64,000 nucleotides of DNA from an uncultured bacterium (lineage in GTDB: Bacteria > Patescibacteriota > JACMRA01), in the NCBI GenBank assembly GCA_963704645.1, contig OY969926.1, positions 992,001 through 1,056,000 of the forward strand, in the 5' to 3' direction. This document shows positions 1-11,100 of the stretch, piece by piece. Both the position numbers and the translations under genes were made by a program. The notes under the pieces were generated by a model. It did no database searches, had not been told where the DNA came from, and worked only from the letters and a program-made list of their open reading frames with translations. Numbering within the stretch: position 1 is the first letter of the stretch; each line of letters begins with the position of its first letter.

Positions 1-3000
1 TGGTACAAGCTTTTAAATCTACTATATACGGGTTTACAGTAGAGCCTGTTCCTGTTCGTACCAAACCTGTGGAAGTTCCAACATTGGTAATTTCGTTTCC
101 AATTACACCGTCGTTTTCAGAACCTACACCACTGTCTGCACCACAATCCCAAGTACTAGCTGTTGTGTTGTATTTCAAAACTTCATTGTTAGCACAGGCT
201 TTAATGTCTACTCTGTACGGGTTAACTGCAGTTCCTGTTCCAGTTCGCAATAAACCAGTAGAAGTTCCAACATTTAATATTTCATTTCCTACAACTCCGT
301 CTGTCTCTGTAAATATAGATGAAACATTTCCCCAAATAGGTGTCAAAGCACTTCCTCTAGAAATTAAAACTTGGTTTGTTGTTCCAGCAGAACCAGCAGG
401 TTTTAAAGCTCCTTGAAAAGTTATATTACCATTTTGTTCTACTACAAACTTTTTGGAATCTTGGGTTCCAAGTTGTACACTATTTGCTATAGAGTTAGAT
501 AGATTTGAACCAAATGTATAAGTATTATTAGTTGTACCAACACTGTTATCATTTCCAATTATAGCTCCACCAACTGCATTACTTATGAAGTTACCATTTC
601 CCAAAACCGAAAGAGCACTAGAAATAAAAATGTTATTAGTAGAACCAAAAATGTTACTATCTGCACTATCTGTATAGTTAGAAGAGCCAAATATGTAGGA
701 ATTAGAACCATCAATTGCATTATCTTTTCCTACAGAATAAGAATTGTCGGTAGTGATAGTACTTCCATCTCCTAAAATATAGGAAGAAACTCCGTCTACT
801 GTAGAGCTTTGCCCAATTACAATAGAGTTATTACCATTCGCAGTTGCACCGTCTCCAATAGCCACGGCATTTAAACCAGAAGCAGTTGGAGCAGTAACTG
901 GAGTACCTGAACTTTCAGCTAAGTATTTTAAGGTTGAAACACATGTAAAAGCAGTTCCATCCCAGAATAGTTTTTGATCTTCAGCACAAGTTGGGGCATT
1001 AATAGCAAATTCAGAGCCAGTTAAAGTAATTCCGTCTCCTGCAGTGTATGCGTTGTTACTGTCTGAACTACAAACCCAATTTGTACCGTTAAATTTAAGA
1101 ATATCACCCACAGAAACACAGTCTGCTAATTTAGCGAAGGATATTCCTGCATTGGCAATATCTGCTGCAACAATTGATCCATCCACTATCTTAGTAGAAT
1201 CTACAGAGTTAGAACCTAAGTCTACCAAAGAGATAGAACCATCTAATATACTGGTTGAGTCTATTGCTCCGGATACAAAGTCTGCTGAAGTGATAGAACC
1301 GTTTACTATTTTGGTTGAATCTACGGAGTTGGAGGCTAGGTCTGAGGAACCTACTGTTCCATCTAATATCTTATCTGAAGTTATTGCGTCTGAGGCAATG
1401 TCTACGTTGGATATACTTCCGTCTACTATCTTAGATGAGTTGATAGAGTTAGAAGCTATCATTAATCCTGTTACTCCACCATTAGAGATACCTAAAGTGT
1501 AAGGATCTAGAGTAGTTCCAGAACCAGAACGTACTAATCCTTGGCTAGTTGTAGCATCTAAGATTTCATTTCCTACTACTCCGTCTGTTTCACTACTTAG
1601 GTAACTTACGTTAGATCCAGAGATTACTCTTCCTTGAGCATCTGTTGTTACATTGTTGTATGTTCCTGCTGTTCCTGTGTTGGATAGGTTGTAGGAGATT
1701 TGTGATCCACTTCTTACAGCTGTAGTTCCTGTTCCATTAGTAAAGTCTATTGTAGAACCTGCTGAAATGTTTTGTGTTGTTCCTCCGTTACTAGAGATGT
1801 TAAAGTTTGTTGTGTCTACGTCTGCAGTACATACGAAGGCTGTTCCTGTCCATTGTAGTTTAGTTACTCCTGAACAAGTTGGTGAGTTAATAGAGAAGGC
1901 TCCTGAAGTTAGAGTTACTCCGTTTCCTGCTGTGTAGGTGTTGTTACTGTCGGTACCACATGTCCAAGATACTCCATTGTACTTTAATATTTCACCAGAG
2001 TTAGTACAAGGTGTAAGTTTAGCTAAAGATACTGAAGCATTAGCTAAGTCTGCTGTGTTTACAGATCCATCCACTATCTTAGTAGAATCTACAGAGTTAG
2101 AACCTAAGTCTACCAAAGAGATAGAACCATCTAATATACTGGTTGAGTCTATTGCTCCGGATACAAAGTCTGCTGAAGTGATAGAACCGTTTACTATTTT
2201 GGTTGAATCTACGGAGTTGGAGGCTAGGTCTGAGGAACCTACTGTTCCATCTAATATCTTATCTGAAGTTATTGCGTCTGAGGCAATGTCTACGTTGGAT
2301 ATACTTCCGTCTACTATCTTAGATGAGTTGATAGAGTTAGAAGCTATCATTAATCCTGTTACTCCACCATTAGAGATACCTAAAGTGTAAGGATCTAGAG
2401 TAGTTCCAGAACCAGAACGTACTAATCCTTGGCTAGTTGTAGCATCTAAGATTTCATTTCCTACTACTCCGTCTGTTTCACTACTTAGGTAACTTACGTT
2501 AGATCCAGAGATTACTCTTCCTTGAGCATCTGTTGTTACATTGTTGTATGTTCCTGCTGTTCCTGTGTTGGATAGGTTGTAGGAGATTTGTGATCCACTT
2601 CTTACAGCTGTAGTTCCTGTTCCATTAGTAAAGTCTATTGTAGAACCTGCTGAAATGTTTTGTGTTGTTCCTCCGTTACTAGAGATGTTAAAGTTTGTTG
2701 TGTCTACGTCTGCAGTACATACGAAGGCTGTTCCTGTCCATTGTAGTTTAGTTACTCCTGAACAAGTTGGTGAGTTAATAGAGAAGGCTCCTGAAGTTAG
2801 AGTTACTCCGTTTCCTGCTGTGTAGGTGTTGTTACTGTCGGTACCACATGTCCAAGATACTCCATTGTACTTTAATATTTCACCAGAGTTAGTACAAGGT
2901 GTAAGTTTAGCTAAAGATACTGAAGCATTAGCTAAGTCTGCTGTGTTTACAGATCCATCCACTATCTTAGTAGAATCTACAGAGTTAGAACCTAAGTCTA

Positions 3001-5995
3001 CCAAAGAGATAGAACCATCTAATATACTGGTTGAGTCTATTGCTCCGGATACAAAGTCTGCTGAAGTGATAGAACCGTTTACTATTTTGGTTGAATCTAC
3101 GGAGTTGGAGGCTAGGTCTGAGGAACCTACTGTTCCATCTAATATCTTATCTGAAGTTATTGCGTCTGAGGCAATGTCTACGTTGGATATACTTCCGTCT
3201 ACTATCTTAGATGAGTTGATAGAGTTAGAAGCTATCATTAATCCTGTTACTCCACCATTAGAGATACCTAAAGTGTAAGGATCTAGAGTAGTTCCAGAAC
3301 CAGAACGTACTAAGCCTTGGCTAGTTGTAGCATCTAAGATTTCATTTCCTACTACTCCGTCTGTTTCACTACTTAGGTAACTTACGTTAGATCCAGAGAT
3401 TACTCTTCCTTGAGCATCTGTTGTTACATTGTTGTATGTTCCTGCTGTTCCTGTGTTGGATAGGTTGTAGGAGATAGTATTTGAAGCAGAATCAACTGAA
3501 GCCTCCAAACCTGTTCCAGCTGTAAAAATTACTGTGTCACCAGGCAAATTAATTACTCTTGAATTGGTTCCATCGGTGATATTAAAACTTGAACCTAAAT
3601 TAAAAGTTTCACCAGTAGTAATTGTTAGTACTCCGGAAGATGCATCAAAACTTGCCACTCTGCTATCAATTGCACAGGCCCATTCAGTACCATTGAATTT
3701 TAAAACTTGGTTATTTAAACAATCATTTCTAATTCCCAATTTATAGGGGTCAGTTGCAGTGCCAGATCCGTCTCTTCTAAGTCCACCACCAAAAATTACG
3801 TCGGTTACCTCATTTCCAATTACAGCGTCAGCTTCAGAAGTTAGGTAAGTAATATTGTTAGCAATAGTTATTCTACCCAAAGAATCTACAGTTAAGTTAT
3901 TATATGTTCCAGCAGTTACACCAGAAGCTTGAATACTAAATTCAGAGCCAACTAACTGTAAACCTGCTCCAGCGGTATAAGTTGTATTGACGTCAGAAGA
4001 ACATTCCCAATTTTGGCTAGTTGCATTCCACTTTAGAACTTGTCCAGATGCACAACCACCCAGCATTCTTAAACCGTTTGGAGTAATTTCCAAGCCCGAA
4101 TTTGAAGAGGTTGTAGAAGTATTAGAAGTATTGCTTAATTTAAGACCAACAGTGTAAGGGTCAATAGAAGTACCAGAACCATCCCTGATTAAACCTGAAT
4201 CATTTTTAACATCTACAATTTCGTTACCAACTATTGCATCAGTTTCAGCAGGTAAAGCTGCACATGTCCATACAGTTCCATTAAATACTAAGTAATCGTT
4301 TGGGTTAGCACAATTGGCTAATTTATTTAAAGTAATTGAACCATCGGCTAAACTTTGTGTAGTTATTGCTCCATTGGCAATTTTAGTAGAAGTAACAGAA
4401 CCGTTAGCTAAATCGGCTGAATTTATAGATCCATCTAATATTTTAGTAGAATCTACCGAGCCATTAGCAAGTTTACTATTGGTAACACCACCATTGGCAA
4501 TACCAACTAAATACGGGCTTAATTCTGTACCAGCTCCAATTCTCTCTAAGCCAGACGAAGTTATAACATTGGCAATTTCATTTCCAACCACAGCGTCGCT
4601 CTCAAAGTTATCTACGCATCCCCATACCACGCCGTTGAAAGAAAGAATTTGATTACTACTGGAACAAGGCGAAATTTTATCAAAACCAACTGAACCATTT
4701 TGAATTGCATTCGAGGTTACAGAGTTAGCTGCAAGCATGGACGAAGTAATTGAACTTCCAGCAATACCCAAAGTATAAGGGTCAGAATCTGTACCACTTC
4801 CAGAACGTACCAAACCACCGCCCACAGTTCCGTTTAAAACTTCATTTCCAATAACTCCATCAACCTCAACTAAACCAGTGGCTAATGTACAATTCCAACC
4901 TGCTATTAATGGACCAGTACCATCTGGATCTGCTGTATAAAACTGAATAAATTGTCCATCCATAGAACAATCTTGCAATTTATTTAGATTAATTGTTTTG
5001 TCAGCAATTTGGTCATTAGTAATGGCATTGTTAGCAATATCTTCGGTTTGGACGCTTTGATCAATAATCTTAGAGGAAGAAACAGAATTGTCTGCTAAAT
5101 CTTGATTTAAAATGCTGCCGTCAGCAATTGCGCCACTTCCTACCAAAAGGTTTAAAGTAGATAAGTCTACACTATTTCCACCTGAAATAAATAACAAATT
5201 ACCGCTTAAACTAAGTTTTTGGTTGTCGAAATCGGTTGAGGGAGCAGTAGTTGTTGGTGAGTTATTAGTACCAGAACCAGTATTTACTACAATATTACCA
5301 TTTTGAATACCTACATTAGCAGCGCCTGCTGGATCGTTTGCAGATCTAACTATAGGATTTTGCACAACTGAAACAGAACTTGCCATTAAATCGTTGTACT
5401 TAGAGTTTAAAGCTTCGTTGTTAAACAAATCGTTTTCATTAACATTTGCTGTAGTACCACTTGAAGTATTAGTATCCAGTTTACCACTAATTGCTGTATA
5501 AACTACAGGATTAATTACCTCGGAACATTTTAAATCAAAATCTAGATTAATTTGTGTAGAAAATAGATCATTATATCTAGCAACTAATCCATTTTCGGTA
5601 TACTCTCTTTGGCACGATGTAGGACTTTGGTTATTATCTGTTGTACAATTTTGCAATGAATCTATTTCATTTTGAACTACACATACTTGAGAATATGCAT
5701 TTAAAGGTCTATCAAACAGGCTTGTTTCATAACTAGTTTCAAATTTATTGCCTAATAAAGCTACATTTTCTAGTTTTTCCTGTTGTAATAAGTTACCACC
5801 AAATGGTTTATCGAAAAAACTTAAAACTAAACTATAATTACCATCTGGCAAAACCTTATCTGGAATAGTACCATTAATTTGGACTGTTGAAGGTTGTAAT
5901 AAAACAGAAACAGCAGACCCAACAAAGAATAGGCCTGAAAACATTAAAAATTTTAATAAATTGCTTTGTATAAAGCTTAAAGCAGCGTTTTTCAT
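1..5995 (-). CDS. Giant repetitive surface/adhesin-like protein (>1998 aa, runs off the left edge)
   Basis: Not in the ORF track. ATG at 5995 gives MKNAALSFIQSNLLKFLMFSGLFFVGSAVSVLL (hydrophobic N-terminus), and the same frame is open at the left edge. Recurrent DGVVGNEI..GLVRSGSGT..DPY motifs, ~10-aa repeats of the DGSVDSTKIV type, paired Cys, and a YadA-head-like stretch (AVAIGDGATANGNNSIVIGQSS) at ~470-900. Confidence 0.85.
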   Translation of the reverse strand, partial: MKNAALSFIQSNLLKFLMFSGLFFVGSAVSVLLQPSTVQINGTIPDKVLPDGNYSLVLSFFDKPFGGNLLQQEKLENVALLGNKFETSYETSLFDRPLNAYSQVCVVQNEIDSLQNCTTDNNQSPTSCQREYTENGLVARYNDLFSTQINLDFDLKCSEVINPVVYTAISGKLDTNTSSGTTANVNENDLFNNEALNSKYNDLMASSVSVVQNPIVRSANDPAGAANVGIQNGNIVVNTGSGTNNSPTTTAPSTDFDNQKLSLSGNLLFISGGNSVDLSTLNLLVGSGAIADGSILNQDLADNSVSSSKIIDQSVQTEDIANNAITNDQIADKTINLNKLQDCSMDGQFIQFYTADPDGTGPLIAGWNCTLATGLVEVDGVIGNEVLNGTVGGGLVRSGSGTDSDPYTLGIAGSSITSSMLAANSVTSNAIQNGSVGFDKISPCSSSNQILSFNGVVWGCVDNFESDAVVGNEIANVITSSGLERIGAGTELSPYLVGIANGGVTNSKLANGSVDSTKILDGSINSADLANGSVTSTKIANGAITTQSLADGSITLNKLANCANPNDYLVFNGTVWTCAALPAETDAIVGNEIVDVKNDSGLIRDGSGTSIDPYTVGLKLSNTSNTSTTSSNSGLEITPNGLRMLGGCASGQVLKWNATSQNWECSSDVNTTYTAGAGLQLVGSEFSIQASGVTAGTYNNLTVDSLGRITIANNITYLTSEADAVIGNEVTDVIFGGGLRRDGSGTATDPYKLGIRNDCLNNQVLKFNGTEWACAIDSRVASFDASSGVLTITTGETFNLGSSFNITDGTNSRVINLPGDTVIFTAGTGLEASVDSASNTISYNLSNTGTAGTYNNVTTDAQGRVISGSNVSYLSSETDGVVGNEILDATTSQGLVRSGSGTTLDPYTLGISNGGVTGLMIASNSINSSKIVDGSISNVDIASDAITSDKILDGTVGSSDLASNSVDSTKIVNGSITSADFVSGAIDSTSILDGSISLVDLGSNSVDSTKIVDGSVNTADLANASVSLAKLTPCTNSGEILKYNGVSWTCGTDSNNTYTAGNGVTLTSGAFSINSPTCSGVTKLQWTGTAFVCTADVDTTNFNISSNGGTTQNISAGSTIDFTNGTGTTAVRSGSQISYNLSNTGTAGTYNNVTTDAQGRVISGSNVSYLSSETDGVVGNEILDATTSQGLVRSGSGTTLDPYTLGISNGGVTGLMIASNSINSSKIVDGSISNVDIASDAITSDKILDGTVGSSDLASNSVDSTKIVNGSITSADFVSGAIDSTSILDGSISLVDLGSNSVDSTKIVDGSVNTADLANASVSLAKLTPCTNSGEILKYNGVSWTCGTDSNNTYTAGNGVTLTSGAFSINSPTCSGVTKLQWTGTAFVCTADVDTTNFNISSNGGTTQNISAGSTIDFTNGTGTTAVRSGSQISYNLSNTGTAGTYNNVTTDAQGRVISGSNVSYLSSETDGVVGNEILDATTSQGLVRSGSGTTLDPYTLGISNGGVTGLMIASNSINSSKIVDGSISNVDIASDAITSDKILDGTVGSSDLASNSVDSTKIVNGSITSADFVSGAIDSTSILDGSISLVDLGSNSVDSTKIVDGSIVAADIANAGISFAKLADCVSVGDILKFNGTNWVCSSDSNNAYTAGDGITLTGSEFAINAPTCAEDQKLFWDGTAFTCVSTLKYLAESSGTPVTAPTASGLNAVAIGDGATANGNNSIVIGQSSTVDGVSSYILGDGSTITTDNSYSVGKDNAIDGSNSYIFGSSNYTDSADSNIFGSTNNIFISSALSVLGNGNFISNAVGGAIIGNDNSVGTTNNTYTFGSNLSNSIANSVQLGTQDSKKFVVEQNGNITFQGALKPAGSAGTTNQVLISRGSALTPIWGNVSSIFTETDGVVGNEILNVGTSTGLLRTGTGTAVNPYRVDIKACANNEVLKYNTTASTWDCGADSGVGSENDGVIGNEITNVGTSTGLVRTGTGSTVNPYIVDLKACT
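1176..3475. repeat. Tandem repeat, 888-bp unit (296 aa), ~2.6 copies
   Basis: GATCCATCCACTATCTTAG recurs at 1176, 2064 and 2952. The copies look identical by eye except for one synonymous change (T1538 vs G3314). Confidence 0.95.
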
Positions 5996-6375
5996 TTTTT
6001 GTTTTTGTTTTTTCCTCCAGCACAAAATCTTAATTGGAATTATTATTACTTGCTTTTACATTATTAACAAGTAATTTTAATAAAATCTACTGGTAAGTAA
6101 TAGATGTGAAGAAAATGACTCACCTCCATTTCGAGCTGATATATTTGAATTAAACTATTATTTGATGATAAATAATTTGTGCTTAATCGAAAAAACTATT
6201 CACCCATTTGCTAAAATTCTAAAATTTGTTGTAAACCAACAAACCCTCTGAAACTTTAATTAACATATAAATGGGGATTTACGCAGGATAGCTTGACAAA
6301 TATTCAACAAAGTATTTGATGAAAGACGATTATTTTCTTCTTACAAGGGGGAAAAAATCTAAACTTCACATTTAT

Positions 6376-6903
6376 ATGAACAATAAAATATTACTATCCT
6401 CAACAGTAGTTGCACTATTAGGTTTATCTTTAACCTCATTTGTAGCTCCAACAACTTATGCAATTGGTAAGGACATCTTCCCATTACCAGAATGCAAAAT
6501 TGTACTTTTACAACCAGATATTGACGCTGATGGAATAGCAGATCCAACAGGAATTTGGAGAGGTGTTTGGGGATATTTAAACAGAAATGCTGAAACAATT
6601 GACAACACAATTCAACCAGGAATTCAAGCAGGAGGAAATAAGAACTACTTTAACGTTGGACACAACAATAGTTCTTACAACCCAGACCAAGCTGTAGCTA
6701 ATCAAGGTCAGCCTTCCGCTTTTGCTCCAGGAAGATTCTACTCTGTATTTTCAACAGATTATCCAGCTGATACAGCATTAGGATGGTATGTAACTTACCC
6801 TAAGCTTAAATCTGCTTGGGTAAATAGCCTAACCAGTGAATGTGGAAGCGACAAAATTCAACTTTTCGTTCCAGAATCTGATTGGTATTTATACGGAATC
6901 TAG
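6376..6903 (+). CDS. Secreted hypothetical protein (175 aa)
   Basis: Signal-peptide-like MNNKILLSSTVVALLGLSLTSF makes ATG 6376 preferable to 6316. Contains a WGYxN...N.F...GQPS.F.PGR pattern. Confidence 0.7.
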   Translation: MNNKILLSSTVVALLGLSLTSFVAPTTYAIGKDIFPLPECKIVLLQPDIDADGIADPTGIWRGVWGYLNRNAETIDNTIQPGIQAGGNKNYFNVGHNNSSYNPDQAVANQGQPSAFAPGRFYSVFSTDYPADTALGWYVTYPKLKSAWVNSLTSECGSDKIQLFVPESDWYLYGI

Positions 6904-6922
6904 TTTTTAAACGAATAAACTA

Positions 6923-6945
6923 GTAGCGGCGAAGCTTGCGAGCCA
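6923..6945 (+). repeat. GTAG-type REP
   Basis: GTAGCGGCGAAGCTTGCGAGCCA, identical to the copy at 16486-16508. Confidence 0.75.
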
Positions 6946-6984
6946 TAAACTATATAAATTCATTCAATTCAAAACTTCAGAGAC

Positions 6985-7009
6985 AGGCCTTCGGGCCTTG
7001 TTTTTGTTT
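6985..7009 (+). terminator. Intrinsic terminator
   Basis: AGGCC-TTCG-GGCCT hairpin followed by a T-rich tract, downstream of 6376..6903. Confidence 0.7.
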
Positions 7010-7022
7010 CCCAAAATTTATT

Positions 7023-7046
7023 GTAGGTGAGATGCTCGCCATCTCC
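7023..7046 (+). repeat. GTAG-type REP
   Basis: GTAG-GTGAGATG-CTCGC-CATCTCC. Confidence 0.7.
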
Positions 7047-7093
7047 TTTTATGAAAACGACTTATATAAACTGGCCTCATAGAATTCAACAAA

Positions 7094-7603
7094 TTATTCA
7101 CACAACTTAACCCCGTACTCAAAAGCTGGCTGGCCTGAAAAAACTTTCTGCTTTCTTAAAAATTCTTGTAAACGGTACAAGCTGCAAATAAACTTTAAGT
7201 TAAAAAGTGTTACAGGCAAAGGTAGTTTAAATAAAGATGTAAACTTAAAACCAGATTCTTTCATTAAATTTAGTACAATTGGGTTACGACTTGTAGTATA
7301 AGCATTTTTCTTTCTATCTAAAATATCTTGCAAAGCCAAATTAAAAAGTTTTTTACCCAAACCCTGCCCTCTAAATTTTTCTAGTACAATTAAAACAGCC
7401 AACTCTTCCCAATGTTTAGAAATTGAAACATTTACAGCCACTGCAGCCAATTCTGAATTAACTTCGGCTACAAAAACCTTGCCAAAATTTTGCCACTCTT
7501 TTTTGGTGTATCCTGTAATATTTGGAGTTTCTTTTACAGCCTTAATTACAATATCAATTTCTTCGGAAGTTAAAGCCCACTGGGTTATTTGGAAGTTGGA
7601 CAT
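7094..7603 (-). CDS. GNAT family N-acetyltransferase
   Basis: Acetyl-CoA-binding motif V..KFRGQGLGKKL. Confidence 0.85.
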   Translation of the reverse strand: MSNFQITQWALTSEEIDIVIKAVKETPNITGYTKKEWQNFGKVFVAEVNSELAAVAVNVSISKHWEELAVLIVLEKFRGQGLGKKLFNLALQDILDRKKNAYTTSRNPIVLNLMKESGFKFTSLFKLPLPVTLFNLKFICSLYRLQEFLRKQKVFSGQPAFEYGVKLCE

Positions 7604-7749
7604 ATTTAGAAATGATAATAAATAGTGTATTAAATTTTTAAACCACCTTGTCTACAAACTTTGACATTTGTCTTCTTTTGTGATTATTTAAAGCTAAATA
7701 CTAAGTAAAATTAGTATAAATATTTGGACTTTAGTAATTTGAGGACAAT

Positions 7750-7905
7750 ATGAATTTATTTGGTAAATGTTTATTGGTTGGTGGAACAGGAGTCAAGGCC
7801 TTCCTTTTGACTCTTTCTGGAAATTTAATTGGTGCAGTGCTACTATTAGTTTACACTGCAGGCATGGGATTGATGGATAATCAAAATAAAGACCTAGAAT
7901 GCTAA
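7750..7905 (+). CDS. Small hydrophobic protein (51 aa), below the ORF-track cutoff
   Basis: GAGGA SD just upstream; TTGACA at 7661. Translation MNLFGKCLLVGGTGVKAFLLTLSGNLIGAVLLLVYTAGMGLMDNQNKDLEC. Confidence 0.45.
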   Translation: MNLFGKCLLVGGTGVKAFLLTLSGNLIGAVLLLVYTAGMGLMDNQNKDLEC

Positions 7906-8132
7906 AATGAAGATTGTTTTTGTAGATGCATCAGATCCAAGAAATTTAAGTCTTGAGCACCAGAAAAGTCTTAAGAATTTTAAATTTGAAAGTATGATAT
8001 AGAAGTTGGTAGCGATGTCAATCATGTTTATGTTGATCCTGATGAGGAGCAAATGTATGTAAAATATTAACGCAAATAACCCCAATATTTCCAACTGGAA
8101 TGCGGGGCTTAATTTATGCCCAAAATTACCCC

Positions 8133-11100
8133 CTACACCACCAAATTAACAATCTTCCCAGGAACGTAAATAAACTTCCTAATTTCCTTGCCTTCAATCC
8201 ATTTTTGAACTGCTGGGTTAGCCATAACTTTGGCTTTTACTTCGGCTTCTCCTTCGTCTATAGAAATTTCCACCTCACCTCTAATTTTTCCGTTAATTTG
8301 AATACCAACTACAACACTATTTTTTACTAAATATTCTGGTTTAACTTCTGGCCAGATTTGCTTATGAACACTATTTTCAGCTTTAAAAGTAGATTGCTGA
8401 TGTAGACTTTGCCACATTTCTTCAGTAATAAAAGGACAGAAAGGTGATAGAATAATTAACAATCTTTCCAATTGGTTTTTTGAAATAACACCGTGCTTTT
8501 CAACCAAATTAACAAATTCCATAAACTTAGCCACCGAAGTATTAAATTTGAAATCGGCAATGTCGGAAGCTACTTTTTCAATTAACTGATTTAGGTTAGT
8601 TTCAATTTCTTTCCAAGCCAATGTGTCTTCATTTAAAGCTAAGTCTGGGCCAACAATTGTTTGCATTTTCCAAATTCTATCTAGAAATCTTTTCACACCT
8701 TTTACCGTGTCTTTGTTCCAAGGTTTTGGCTGTTCAAAGGGTGCCATGAACATTAAATACAAACGCAGAGTATCGGCCCCGAATTCATTTACTACATCGG
8801 TAGGGTTAACTCCATTTCCATAACGCTTCCCCATTTTTCTGTTGTCTTCACCTAAAACTAAACCAGGATGGCGCATGTTCAGAAACGGCTCATCAAAGTT
8901 AATTAAGCCAGCATCAAAAGCAACTTTAGTAAAGAATCTAGCATACAGCAAATGCAAAACAGTGTGTTCGGCTCCAATAACGTAAGTGTCTACAGGTGCC
9001 CAATTGTTCATGTTTTCAGTGGAAGCAAATTGCTGCTTATTAAGAGGATCAGTGAAACGCAAGAAATACCAACTTGAGCAAACAAAGGTGTCTAAAGTAT
9101 CACTTTCTCTTCTAGTTCCCTGCCCGTATTCCATTTCGGCCGAGGCGTGAAAACCTAAATGATCAACTAATGGAGATTTACCTGTTGGCTTAAATTCTAC
9201 GTCATCAGGTAACAAAATTGGGTATTTAGCTTCGTCCACCAATTCTTCTTTTACGGAATATAAGTTAAATATTTCAGGGTTATTTTGATTGTCTAAACCT
9301 AAAGCTATGGCTAATGACACTCCTCGTTTCATACCCTCAACATAATGTAACCTAGTAGTTTCGAGTGTGGAATCTGCTTCAAGCTGGGCAATAATTTCCT
9401 TAGCGTCTCCCCAACTAGTTTCAAAATTTTCATGAGCTTCCCTAGAGCTACTTCCTTCTTCAGAATTTAAAATAATTAGGAAAGGATGAGCCGTAGCAAC
9501 CCGGTTTAAATTTTTACCAGAATGGAAGTAATGAACATGCATTTTTTCGCCCAAAGAATGAATAGATTTTATATCGCTAAGCCCTAATTCTTCAGCTGTT
9601 TCACGAGCCGCTACTTCTGCCAAATCTTCACCTTCATCTGCTCCACCGCCGGCTAAACCAATTTTACTGTCAGCTAAATTTTTGTAATAGGCATATTTTT
9701 GGGTTTTTGGGTTAAAAACCACAGCCAAACTACCATTTCTGAAAACTGCATTTTCAAGGGGCTTACCAAAACTTAATTCTTCTAGAACAGATTCTGACGG
9801 AATAGGCTTGTAAACAATAGGTATAGGCGAACCCCAATATCGCTGTCTAGCAACCGACCAGTCTCGCAAGCGATAAGTTATTTTAGCCTTAGCCCAACCC
9901 TGACTTTCACCATAACTAATAATTGCTGGCTTAGCTTGCTGTGAGTGCATTCCATCAAACTGGCTGGAATTATACAAAATACCTTCTCCAGAATAACATT
10001 CAAATAGACTCTTTACAGCTTCATCATTCCCAAGCGGAGAGGTTAGGCTTGTATTTAGTGGAATGCCATATTTTTTTGCTAGTTCGAAATCCCTTTCATC
10101 ATGAGCATCAGCAAAAACTGCCCCTGTTCCGTAATTTCCTAAAACAAAATCGGAAATCCATATTGGCATTTTAAAACCGTTCGCTGGATTAATTGCAAAA
10201 CTTCCAGTAAAAACCCCTGACTTATCTTTATTTAAATCGGTTCTTTGTAAATCAGATTTTTGTTTAGTTTTTTCTTGGTATGCAGAAACTTCTATAAATT
10301 GTGTAGCAGTTGTTAATTCAGCAATTAGAGGATGTTCTGGAGCTAAAATTAAAAATGTTCCGCTATATATTGTATCAATTCTAGTTGTAAATACAGTTAT
10401 TTTGTGGTTGGAATCTACAACTTTAAAATCTACCTCTGCCCCTACACTTTTGCCAATCCAGTGTCTTTGCATTTGCTTGCTACTTTCCGGCCATTCTACT
10501 TTGTCTAAATCTTCCAAAAGTCTGTCTGCGTAATCTGTAATTTTAAAAAACCACTGTGAAAGTAAACGCTGCTCTACCTTTGCTCCGCTTCGTTCTGCTG
10601 TTCCATCTGGTAAAACTTGTTCGTTAGCTAGCACTGTTTGGTCTACAGGGTCCCAGTTCACTAAAGCTTCTTTTTTATAGGCTAAACCCCGCTTGTACAA
10701 AAAGGCAAACCACCACTGGGTAAACTGATAATATTCGGGAGTATGTGTAGCAATTTCCTTACTCCAATCTGTACTTAAACCTAGCAATTTGCATTGTCTT
10801 CCAAATTCCGCAATTGCCCCTTCAGTGCTAATTTTAGGGTGAACACCATTTTTAATAGCATAACTTTCAGCAGGAAGGCCGAAGGAATCCCATCCAATTG
10901 GATACAAAACTTGATTGCCTTGAAGACGGTTAAATCTGGCCACAATATCTGTAGCAGCATAACCCAATGCATGTCCAACATGCAATCCAGAACCAGAAGG
11001 ATAAGCAAAAGCATCTAGTATATATTTCTTTTTGGAATTAACTTTAGCTTCTTTGGAAGTGTTTTGAGATTCTGGGTTAGATTGGTTTTGTAATGAAGAT

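Noticed and set aside
69-5306. Plus-strand ORFs, including the repeated 150-aa ones
   Set aside because: Antisense shadows of the giant minus-strand gene; their repetition only mirrors the 888-bp repeat.
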